Source of the DNA: a virus
Taxonomy: Duplodnaviria > Heunggongvirae > Uroviricota > Caudoviricetes
DNA: 53,174 nt
Reading direction: 5' to 3' (one strand)
IMG/VR virus record: IMGVR_UViG_3300034022_000267
Location: 64,001 to 117,174 of that record
Below the pieces are notes generated by a model that had not been told where the DNA came from, did no database searches, and saw only the letters and a program-made list of their open reading frames with translations. Positions 19,301 through 25,987 of this stretch are shown in pieces. Positions within the stretch are counted from its first letter, which is position 1. The number at the start of each line of letters is the position of its first letter. A program made the translations under genes and the position numbers.

Positions 19301-22300
19301 AAGTTTTGGTTGAGAAGATATTTTATTCTCAGGAATTAATATACCACCAATTTGATTTCTTTCGTAAAGACCATTAATTTTAGGATTAATGATAGCTATA
19401 CCTCTAGATACATCAATAGCATAAACTTTATGTTCTGCTGTAGTGTTTGCAAATAATCCAGCTCTTACTTGTCTCCAACCATTAGCTGCAGATGCAAGAT
19501 TTTCTTTTTCACCTTGTCTATATCTAGGAACTCTTTTTCCAGTTTTAGGATCTGTATATGTATAATACAATTCTGTTGTAGGCATAGCTTGGAAAATAGC
19601 TTGATTTACATCAATTGGTTTTCCAACTTCTCCTAAACGTTCACCTTCTTTATTTACAAAATATGATTTACCACTCTCATGTTCTACAAATACTTGTGCA
19701 ACAAATCCTGTATCAACATCATTTATTTTATCATCTGCAGTGGTTGGTCTACCAAACTGAAGTTCTGTAAGTCCTTTTAGTCCCAACACTTCTTCATTGT
19801 TAGGTGTAACTAACATTGCACCTATTCTCTTAGCATTCTTAAAGTTTTTAAGATTGTTTAAGAACTCTCTAGAGTTTTTAACATGCTGAGGTGCATTAGC
19901 ACGACTTTGAACATTTTCAGATTCACTAGTACCAGAGATGAAAAAGTTTCTCCATGTCTTTAAATAACTTTCATCATCTTTTACAATAGCTTCTGATGTT
20001 GTAGTTTCTGTAGGAATGGGTGTAGCAATCTCTCCAGAATTAAGCTCTGCTTTATTCTGTTGTCTATCCACTTCATTCTTAGTTACAAGCATTGCTTGCT
20101 CTTCTTTTTCTAAAGCAAGATTCTTTTCTTTTACAGCTTTATATGTTTCGTCTATGTTGTTTGTTATAATAGCAATAGTTTCATTCAACAAGTTTTCATT
20201 AGTTGTACCAAACAATCTTCTAAAGAATGTTTTTAATGAATTGACAAATGCTTCCCATGTAGAAGTTTGTGTATTCTTATATGGAATAGTTTGTAAGTAT
20301 CTTTGGAAGTCTCTATTAGATAAAGCTTCTGTTGCAAACTCATATATGTTTTTAAATGCGTAGAATTCACCATTCTTAATCAATCCTGCTTCAGCATATT
20401 TGTCAGGATCATTCTTAAATGTTTCTTGTACAAATTTAAATAATGGATCCAACTCTTTGAAGAATTGCCCATTAGTATCTGATAATCCATATACAGTTAA
20501 ATCATGTCCTATTTCATGTAACAATACATGTTCTGCAACAAGATTTCCACTATTGTCATAATCTGAAGCAAGATCTTCATAATTAATTCTACTTACTGCA
20601 GAATCTTTTCCTAGGTTTCCTCCTCCAGATATTCCAGCAGTAGACAATGTTCTATCACCTAATATAATTTTACTATCTCTACTAGTAAAGTTCAAGAAGG
20701 CAGTAGCTAATTGTTTTTCAAGAGTGGTGGCATAAGGTGACTCAGCAATCTTTTGTAACACTTCATATTTACTCTTCTCTCCTTCACCATATTGACTTAC
20801 AAGATCAGAATAAGATCTTTTATCTGATTTGAATTTGTTTCTACTCTTAGAGAAATATTGTGAATTGTTTGTATCAGGAGCAGTAGTTCTTGTCTTCTTT
20901 CCTTCTGGTGTAACTTCTGCTTTCTCTCCAGCAGTTGTATAGTTTTGTGGATTATCTTTTAAATCATTATATTCATTTACAAACTGTTGTCTTCTTCTTG
21001 AAATATCAACTACATCTTTTAATTCTTGTTTAACAAGATCTGTATCAATACGTTTTGATTTTTGTTGATCTATGTTGTATAACACTTTAGCAAGACTCAC
21101 TGATGTATCATTAGATAACTCATCATCTACAACATCCTGTACAGGAATATTTGCTCTTAAAAGTCTTGCAGATAGTTGAGGAATACGAATATCGTAATCA
21201 GCTATCTTACTAGCTGCATATACCATCTTATCAATAATCAATGGAGAATACTTTCTCATTTGATTACCTGCTTCATTAACTAATGGTTCACCATCTTCAT
21301 CTGTTACAACAGCACCACTATATCTAAGGTTTAAAGATTTATATAATTCATCTGTATTTTTTGCTGTAGCTTCAAAAGCATTTAATTTTTTTTGAAATGA
21401 TTCTACAGTATCATTAATGTTAGCAATACCTTCTTCTTTTAATTCGCTAAGTCCTTCATTAGACGATGAAGTTTGTCTAAGTTCTTTGACATCATCCATG
21501 ATCATATCAAATCTACCATACTTAATACGTGGGGCAAGATATGTATGTGTTAAATCAGCATTAAGATCTCTTGCTTCTAATTCATTTCCATCAATAGTAG
21601 CATCTTGTTGCTCTTCTTGCAACTTAACAAATCTATTTACATTTTCACTTCTTTCTTTAAACGCATCTCTAAATGTAGGAGCATTATCAAGTTCTTTAAT
21701 AAATTTCTCAGTATTAGACAATCTAGCTTTTCTTTGTGCAATTTCTCCATTAGGACCAAATGTTTGCATCACTCCTCCAGTAATACCACCAAGGATACCA
21801 CCTTCAATACCTTCTTTAGAAACTAATGCACCAACTCCTTCTCCAGATTCATCTTCACCAATCATTCCATAAAGAAAACCATCAGTCCAAACACTTGCTT
21901 CTTTACCATCACGTCCTTTATTAAAATAGTTTTGTGTACCCACTTGTAAAGCATACTGACCAATCTCTTGCCCAGCCTCTTTAGGATCAAATGCATACTT
22001 AGCTATTCTACTACCTTTTTCATATAGTTTACCAAGTTTAGTTGTGGCACCAGCTTTTGCTGCATACCCACCTTCTCTTAATACTACATCATCTGCACTA
22101 CCTAATATACTGTTTGCAGCTTGTCTTTCAGCAGAATAAGAACTTCCTAATAGTTTTGGAAGTTGTACATATTCTGTAACTCCTAATAATGCTAAATTTC
22201 CTAAGAAAGAAGTTTTACCTATTTTTTCTGAAATAGTATTTATATTTGATAGTTCAGCACCTGTAGGTTCTTCACCAAAATGGTCTTCTTTATATCGTTG

Positions 22301-23260
22301 TATTAAATTATTTCTATATTCATTTGATGTTTGTAATGCTTCAAATGCAGCTTCTCCTGATGAAGAATATGTAGCAATTGCTATTCTTCTTGCTTTTTGA
22401 CCAAAGCCTGACATAGCATTAGTTGATTTAGCTATATTTAAAATAGCAGATTCTCTAGCTGTAAGATCAGCAATAGATGTAATACTCTTTTCAAGAATTG
22501 CAGCTGCCTCAATATTTTTACCTACAGAAAAAGCTCTTGCTGTATTTCTTAATAATGGTGTAAATAATTTAAATGCTTGAGATGCTTCTGCAGCAATTGA
22601 TCCTGCAAGAGCAGCTTCTCCAATTGTTGCACCTGCTACTTTTAATGCAGCATTTGCTATATTACCAGAAAGCATTGCTCCTACAGCAAATCCAGAATTC
22701 TTAACTAATTTATCAAATAGAAAATTAGTTGTTATCCAGTTATCTGTAGAATACCATGATGCATTTTTTTCTTTATCAGTATAATAATTTGGTAGATAGT
22801 TTTGATCCACCTCATTATTATATTCATCTAATTTTTGCATTATAGGATTATCCCATATATCTGCAAATCTTCCAGAGAACGGAGCTCTAGCTGCACCATA
22901 TAACATACCAAATCCACCAGCTATTGTTGTAGCAGCAAGATTAGTTCCTTTTAATATACCATTAGCAGCTTTTGAAAATCCTGATTGTGCATTAGCATAT
23001 TGATCTTCTATATCAATTATGTCACGAGAGAATACATCATATCTTCTATTTGCATATAGTTCTCCTGATGTAACAGTAGGTAACAATCCTTTACCTGTAA
23101 TTGGACCTTTTCCAAATATTGGATCACCTTCATTTCTTCCAGATAAATCTGTAGTCAATGGTCCATAGTTATTTGGAGCAGGAGTTGATGGATTAGGTAG
23201 ATTAGGAAGTTGCTGATCTGGGTTTATAAGAATCGGATTAAGATTTTTAAAATCTGGCAT
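10391..23260 (-). CDS. Virion-packaged two-barrel RNA polymerase polyprotein (crAss-like), with two HExxH zincin-like domains
   Basis: 4289 aa. Catalytic loop GSDFDIDKL at 13586-13600, preceded by GFRIP and PSEI..QAG; upstream FHKILFGD..KR and NEADA motifs. HEIGH at 20504-20518 and HELFH at 17666-17680, each followed downstream by a Glu-containing helix (YEFATE, EERIAD). Confidence 0.92.
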   Translation of the reverse strand: MPDFKNLNPILINPDQQLPNLPNPSTPAPNNYGPLTTDLSGRNEGDPIFGKGPITGKGLLPTVTSGELYANRRYDVFSRDIIDIEDQYANAQSGFSKAANGILKGTNLAATTIAGGFGMLYGAARAPFSGRFADIWDNPIMQKLDEYNNEVDQNYLPNYYTDKEKNASWYSTDNWITTNFLFDKLVKNSGFAVGAMLSGNIANAALKVAGATIGEAALAGSIAAEASQAFKLFTPLLRNTARAFSVGKNIEAAAILEKSITSIADLTARESAILNIAKSTNAMSGFGQKARRIAIATYSSSGEAAFEALQTSNEYRNNLIQRYKEDHFGEEPTGAELSNINTISEKIGKTSFLGNLALLGVTEYVQLPKLLGSSYSAERQAANSILGSADDVVLREGGYAAKAGATTKLGKLYEKGSRIAKYAFDPKEAGQEIGQYALQVGTQNYFNKGRDGKEASVWTDGFLYGMIGEDESGEGVGALVSKEGIEGGILGGITGGVMQTFGPNGEIAQRKARLSNTEKFIKELDNAPTFRDAFKERSENVNRFVKLQEEQQDATIDGNELEARDLNADLTHTYLAPRIKYGRFDMIMDDVKELRQTSSSNEGLSELKEEGIANINDTVESFQKKLNAFEATAKNTDELYKSLNLRYSGAVVTDEDGEPLVNEAGNQMRKYSPLIIDKMVYAASKIADYDIRIPQLSARLLRANIPVQDVVDDELSNDTSVSLAKVLYNIDQQKSKRIDTDLVKQELKDVVDISRRRQQFVNEYNDLKDNPQNYTTAGEKAEVTPEGKKTRTTAPDTNNSQYFSKSRNKFKSDKRSYSDLVSQYGEGEKSKYEVLQKIAESPYATTLEKQLATAFLNFTSRDSKIILGDRTLSTAGISGGGNLGKDSAVSRINYEDLASDYDNSGNLVAEHVLLHEIGHDLTVYGLSDTNGQFFKELDPLFKFVQETFKNDPDKYAEAGLIKNGEFYAFKNIYEFATEALSNRDFQRYLQTIPYKNTQTSTWEAFVNSLKTFFRRLFGTTNENLLNETIAIITNNIDETYKAVKEKNLALEKEEQAMLVTKNEVDRQQNKAELNSGEIATPIPTETTTSEAIVKDDESYLKTWRNFFISGTSESENVQSRANAPQHVKNSREFLNNLKNFKNAKRIGAMLVTPNNEEVLGLKGLTELQFGRPTTADDKINDVDTGFVAQVFVEHESGKSYFVNKEGERLGEVGKPIDVNQAIFQAMPTTELYYTYTDPKTGKRVPRYRQGEKENLASAANGWRQVRAGLFANTTAEHKVYAIDVSRGIAIINPKINGLYERNQIGGILIPENKISSQPKLLQINTAGFVSHKGRNITFKEKGIVILQYEDVLEILNNSVLGKDKANAIYQVIKALALDIREKSTSGKPLDIDVNYLSYLQNVLYLRKGADTSGNQFYIDTNSRSIYLGGVKYPIIDIENKEAEIVKQLTGTHHNINSKTIKDLTSKFYEYTGVKNEEGQLVARYWKNYQSYLLSSKLPDGKTSRSSENTPLTTIVAAPTATVPYSFSQKYATLVDFDLPIIKPAPVAQAAKAAPVTPATPGMIGEYVMNGTTPNVYQFANGPVEFTGTVDADGNVESVDIKVNDTITSAANNKDILATVDGVLQAIGKYDEEASDEQRVVTFVGDKLIAALKEIQSTQQAEEAPVVEEEIPTVVEEIKEDNSRPYGFKKGDKVQYILEVYNQREEPWRTNNIKEGEIEVISEKTKSYKFKGNPDWYRLKGNIFTILKNYTKEEETKQQTPTAVEEVDPQILPEDKIDPIDIKDTDLPDDNYMRVGVTAEEDVMSENDIQILKDFQAENLPGVPLEVLEDLVDTYDGEKAFGVFVDGVAKFYKAGPRTVGYHELFHPVYQHFLTADERVALEEEFRNKPGQFTDRASGKKIDYASATDKQIEERIADDFGEFKVGKLPARSLSELVRNFFRRIINFIMSRNANPSLAKDLFKAIDAGKYKEFTISESQKKGPPAYSRIPGITETQAAEYAEDIFSRAANYIFGENKESIFDLQQITGAEIYNYIKQAYIAGNVYQQLGEERFNALFTQGKQLLRTIGVDFNEEDLKDINDENITSVGYSQETFTVDHKKTSPFAIKLVAATLPEVVPTNQQNSTSLKLPVRQKSSVGGFKLVNFSRVFATLLDKISNTTSIDKVIDKLVDLASYDATYVRFFQRIGGSYSIDASGNLSKNIDFGKFKTPEDWRLFINFYQTFTKQKPNALIQYVIGNEVYTAPANQFTITKQVEQDWFSQMRALAKTRNGLVRFNSETKTYQVNTDSELWPEKLPKDVEEMIGFLKNLGVTFNMDDYLKLKSNQRQEFGDTVGEIYAYLPQAKDIGTLDGKTLKINKQIAKLAELQVKVTNPNQENTLMGVEGSKKQAYSDNNAPSFFENSFNDSETLEELKISRPELNDVFSKNAITFKEGGLFFNEEGNRFKMIKVSYIDGKKSIDTNKGTSTSKLTKGQRFTQEINQNINGDYYILIPADGATEWMMNLGNHISYEGVVGGRAWDEIYDIFKGYLIDDIALARDWRSRSSLKNIGSKAKELRFFKEILEVYAPEQLKDLNEMIEDEATSDDEFKDYIAKNSKAINDAVAKSIQDIAKGTKDILLKQGEVVSAIKTKNDSENMYKYIGLDSNFAMKSGINKLKMTETQLDNVITFVNANNFINNIEFHKILFGDPYQFKIKDGVLDETKRVKSFLSPRRTTFDSPEFNAFLNSQNKVGEIELTPDDFGYHENKEYASTVTLKDVELDTIRYEGVNEADAFSYISDVAYREVKNKNGQWPATAEAWHQYEMAFTRKSLSDKGEYKYSNKTLKAADEKALSEPQPEHVIDITKPIVSGSQYGENEVKLVLDKTSQMPLYYSAVAGTTLEKLYIKMFKERIDYVIFESGRKLGIEKTHSLYNQNGTFNDTEFATDTKVLVPWTINGIQLETSYEGGGEQTRGSQPTKIVTLDMFDNGEETIEGAKEAFDVYNQALKDLDDNAYTELLSNFGVEDLGMGEFELLDPKIISKTLERELFRRQLSNNAKDTILLDANGKFRIPFESSPAYKQIKDVVYSMINKSLVSPKMNGGGYVQAPVTGWENAKEGRGMAIKEKDGYRKLSREEYDALTEAQKNKVVLTSDRLHFPTKEDPYMEVLIPNWFKKSLKGKFANDADLIRELNKPENQGILKGIGFRIPAQAMSSMAAIRVAGFLPDFMGKTVIVPSEITSQAGSDFDIDKLNMYLKSIYIDENGRLYAVDYKGSEKDTKDFYGNVYDNTIKKSIDKITSSDEFRKDLLDVLNAFEQTNVVVSKEQRLFYKSNEDVINEIVSQADDLEMLPSEYMTSQIESLSEKTEKLNSKLFNEEMRNKYVKIMYKKALENRYFDAFEKLITLEGNYENLITPIGDAGLKDISKELDDMRKDDETTIKNRMVNRNYLTNLRHAFLTGKKWVGIVAVNITGHALAQRMKLVMDIDAVADKLTFDERVILGDRKVKLPHNEIDGKVSLSGTTTAVPNAKGLLEKISYRLSGYATAVVDIAKDPFIMKIIKSEPAIGTFMFLERIGAGQNTIWFMNQPIISEYLDLLENKGTTFLYNPANINEVRAKFGLLKSGARGTEKESFDVDSLKKNIETYADNKNKMSTKQENEAQGAILKEFLKYSKMAEHSFKFTQATNYDTTKFKNSDTFHKKTTRTDVARNKNIFSSVDKLLESSSIGNQKRLIDFAMKSVGSFIKLEQEQFVDITNEVLRSFEEQEFIKDDDFSKIASKAKASFLDFIVQTKSGLNSEILALTTGDNSIAEQLAKAKLKYPNMRLLQDLVPEASKKVDGAQTIKLKVNLKEAYDENLYVEMMRELRELDPELYNNIVKVAILQGTYQSPVSINNIVPIEDYAKKIKPIIDTLVDDVNIEYFTKGMFQKNNWKDETIVPTTTPRFYFERDANFEPVEEYLGEDPYGNDVYRYKVSPFLEVFDGSTMQEKRLVLTLSPKYDARNGANSDFVKVPKVIVNKIGQNINIVTGQTISPQAMRAIRLGGDTSLTDYYGYQKVKYSNGNPVTTAEGDYVYKLVNLLGDGNLVSEYYLDGRQSVLNNGTVKIQDEIPDSVIIDYFGGEVTEDIVSLPTEEIVDEEVEYTEEEQLQFEINDLTQRIAELEYIQKDLDVTNTETIVLNNLPKITPISATKETGAKVGTKLDISPSLLSGNGKTVDQAANDIWDDNFRDTGIDTQDVRNIIIDILSSGSKANYTAQIGTSIELSKLKEELRDLKDQLPKEKSKIKTPKPIPGQLDLFTEEDNSWKEEDNDDSCVPF

Positions 23261-23275
23261 AATTGTTTATTATAA

Positions 23276-25873
23276 TTATTTTTCTAATTTATCAAAGTCA
23301 AAATTTGGGTAAGCTTGTTTAAGTACAGCAAGTAGCACTTGATCATTTAAAGCATTTAAATTATCTCTTCCTTGATCGAATCCAACTCTAGATAATCTAT
23401 TATTTCCTGAAAGTTCAAATGCAGAATATTTACCATTTTTATTTTTAACATACACTGTTGGAATAAATAAACCAGGACTGTCTTCTTCTAATTTTGCTGT
23501 AACTTGATAATTCATAATTCCTGGAAAATCTCCAAAACGTTTTTGCATTAATGCATTAGTTGCAACATTTGTTCTGTTTATATCACTACTACCTTTTCCT
23601 ATTGTCATTCTAGAAGAAGCTTGTACATTTTTATTTACATAGTTCTTTCCTAAATATGCTTCAACTTCTGGACCACTCACTTTAAAAGATTGAACATTAT
23701 CTGGATCAGACATGTTTTTCATTTGTATTTTATAATTATCCCCATCTTGTATAACATACACCTTTGTATCTTTTATCATTTTATCTGTAAGATATGAATT
23801 GGCTGTTGCAGAATCATATTTACTATCAGTTTCTATTCCTTTAGCATCTTGTGATATAATTAATTGACTAAGTCTTGGTAATATTAATGGTGGTACTTCT
23901 CCTTTAGCATTCACTACAACTTTTATTTGTGGAACAAATGCATTAGCAGATTGTCCCATTTTTTCTGTATAAATTTTTTGTGATTTAGCATAAACATCTT
24001 TTACATTTCTTGCAGAAGGTCTATAGCTTTCTGTTATTGATTTTAATTTTGTATTAGTAGCATGATTTAATTTACCAGGATTATTATAAACTAGATCAAC
24101 ATATTTTCTTTGTTTAGCATTTAAATTTTCAACATCTACAGTCAAATTAGATGTACCTCTAATTTCATTAGGATCTTGTCCTTTAACTCTTAAAGGAGAT
24201 GTAGGTTGTGTTACTCTTTTTTCATTCAATACTATTTCTAACATTTCTTTTGGAGTTAAGTTTATCACTTCTCCAGTATTTGTTTTTAAAGATATATTTC
24301 CTCTACCTTTTATATTTGAATTAATAACTCCAGCAACACCTGCTTCTTTTTCAGATTCAGCTTTTGTTCTTTTTTCAAAATATTGTAACTGCTTAACGTA
24401 GTTTTCATTCTTTGCAATATCTTGTATTAAGCCAATTGCGTTAGCTGGAATGTTTGCTTTAGACATTACACCTTGAGACTCATTCCATCTGTTTAACATT
24501 GATGTAACTTCTGTTTCATTATATCCTTTATCTATTAATCCTTGTTTAGCAGATTTAATTGATTCATCTGTAGCTATAACATGATTAGTAAATAACTCTT
24601 GTCCTCTATCTTTATTATCTGTCTCATTTCCTAACATTGTCCAAGGACCATCTTCACCATATGCTAATGCTTTATCTAAAGCAAGTTTCTCAGCATCTAT
24701 AGCAATTTTTCGTTCAGCTTGTGAACTAGTGATACCAAATTCATAACGTTGTCTACTTTCAACTTGTTGTTTAAATTTCATGTCATTAACCCAATTCTCT
24801 TGTTGTTTAAGAGGATTAGTTACATATTCTTCTTCTTTAGTTTGCCATTTAAAAGCATTAGCAAACTCTTTAACAAATCCATCTTTATATATATTGAATT
24901 TTACATCATCAGGATTAGTTCTAGCTTGTTCAACATTTTTATAAAAGTTTTCATCAAGTTTACCCACCTTACCATCTCCACCTAATAATTCTTTATATTG
25001 TTCAATCTCATCATCAATATCATTTAACTTAGTAGGGTCTGTTGTAGTGGCTTTTTTAATTTGTAATAAATCTAAAGAAGCAACTGCTGAATTTCTTTGT
25101 AAATCATAATCTTGTTTAGCTTTCTGTGCAAGTTGTTCAGGGCCTGCTCCTCTAAATTCATATTTAGAATCAATTCTTAATTGATTTAAATCATCTGGAG
25201 TCATTGTTGCAGCTAATGCTTCAGCAATCTTTGCTTCACTAATGCCTTCAATCTTATATCTCTTCATTGCATCAGCATAAAATCTTTCATCTATTTTACC
25301 ATTAGCATCCATTTTAAAAGGAATATCATATTTTAAAAGATCTGGATGTAAAGCTTTTATAGTATCCATTGCTTTCTTTTTAACATCTGTATACTGTGTG
25401 TATCTTCCATTAAATTTTTCTCCAACTTTATCAGAACTTAAATATCTATTTGCTTGTTCAGTAAAATCATACATGTTAGATTGAGAAGACTTTCCATCAG
25501 CAACAGCTTTTTCCATAACTGATTGTTGTTTTCTTAACCAAGCTGTAGATGATACAGCATTCATTACATTTTTATCTTTAGTTATTTGATTAGTCATTCC
25601 ATTAACAGAATTAACTAATTGGAAATTAGAGAAATCTCCAGCAGCTACAGCAGTAAGATTATTACCAAGAGCGTTAAGTTTAGATTGAAGATATTTTTTA
25701 TCAGCATCATTTGCAACATCCATTCCTGCAACGTTATCAATATTGGTTTGAATTTTTTCTAAACCTTGTTCATATTGTTGTTGTTTTTGCATACCAACTT
25801 TTACCATTGCTTCTACAGGTAATTGTTGTACGTAAGGATTAAATGTTGGGATTTTGTCAGTATATGAGGCCAT
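23276..25873 (-). CDS. Cargo/ejection protein
   Basis: 865 aa, helical, starting MASYTDKIPTFNPYVQQLP. It sits between cargo genes and the vRNAP, as in crAss-like gene order. Confidence 0.65.
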   Translation of the reverse strand: MASYTDKIPTFNPYVQQLPVEAMVKVGMQKQQQYEQGLEKIQTNIDNVAGMDVANDADKKYLQSKLNALGNNLTAVAAGDFSNFQLVNSVNGMTNQITKDKNVMNAVSSTAWLRKQQSVMEKAVADGKSSQSNMYDFTEQANRYLSSDKVGEKFNGRYTQYTDVKKKAMDTIKALHPDLLKYDIPFKMDANGKIDERFYADAMKRYKIEGISEAKIAEALAATMTPDDLNQLRIDSKYEFRGAGPEQLAQKAKQDYDLQRNSAVASLDLLQIKKATTTDPTKLNDIDDEIEQYKELLGGDGKVGKLDENFYKNVEQARTNPDDVKFNIYKDGFVKEFANAFKWQTKEEEYVTNPLKQQENWVNDMKFKQQVESRQRYEFGITSSQAERKIAIDAEKLALDKALAYGEDGPWTMLGNETDNKDRGQELFTNHVIATDESIKSAKQGLIDKGYNETEVTSMLNRWNESQGVMSKANIPANAIGLIQDIAKNENYVKQLQYFEKRTKAESEKEAGVAGVINSNIKGRGNISLKTNTGEVINLTPKEMLEIVLNEKRVTQPTSPLRVKGQDPNEIRGTSNLTVDVENLNAKQRKYVDLVYNNPGKLNHATNTKLKSITESYRPSARNVKDVYAKSQKIYTEKMGQSANAFVPQIKVVVNAKGEVPPLILPRLSQLIISQDAKGIETDSKYDSATANSYLTDKMIKDTKVYVIQDGDNYKIQMKNMSDPDNVQSFKVSGPEVEAYLGKNYVNKNVQASSRMTIGKGSSDINRTNVATNALMQKRFGDFPGIMNYQVTAKLEEDSPGLFIPTVYVKNKNGKYSAFELSGNNRLSRVGFDQGRDNLNALNDQVLLAVLKQAYPNFDFDKLEK

Positions 25874-25912
25874 ATTCTTTTTTATATTTTACACACTATG
25901 TATGTCGATTAG

Positions 25913-25944
25913 CAAATGTAATATGAATTATTAGAACTACCAAA
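25913..25944 (-). promoter_or_regulatory. Bacteroidota primary-sigma promoter
   Basis: Exact consensus on the minus strand: TTTG (25941-25944), N20, TACATTTG (25913-25920), 40 nt before the ATG at 25873. Confidence 0.75.
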
Positions 25945-25969
25945 ATTAATAATCAATTCTGGTAATTCT

Positions 25970-25987
25970 TTATAATTAAATTAGTTA
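25970..25987. promoter_or_regulatory. Conserved 18-bp upstream motif TTATAA-N3-AATTAGTTA (copy 2)
   Basis: The same pattern occurs at 1691-1708 and 43009-43026. Each copy is upstream of a TAnnTTTG-like promoter. Confidence 0.55.
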
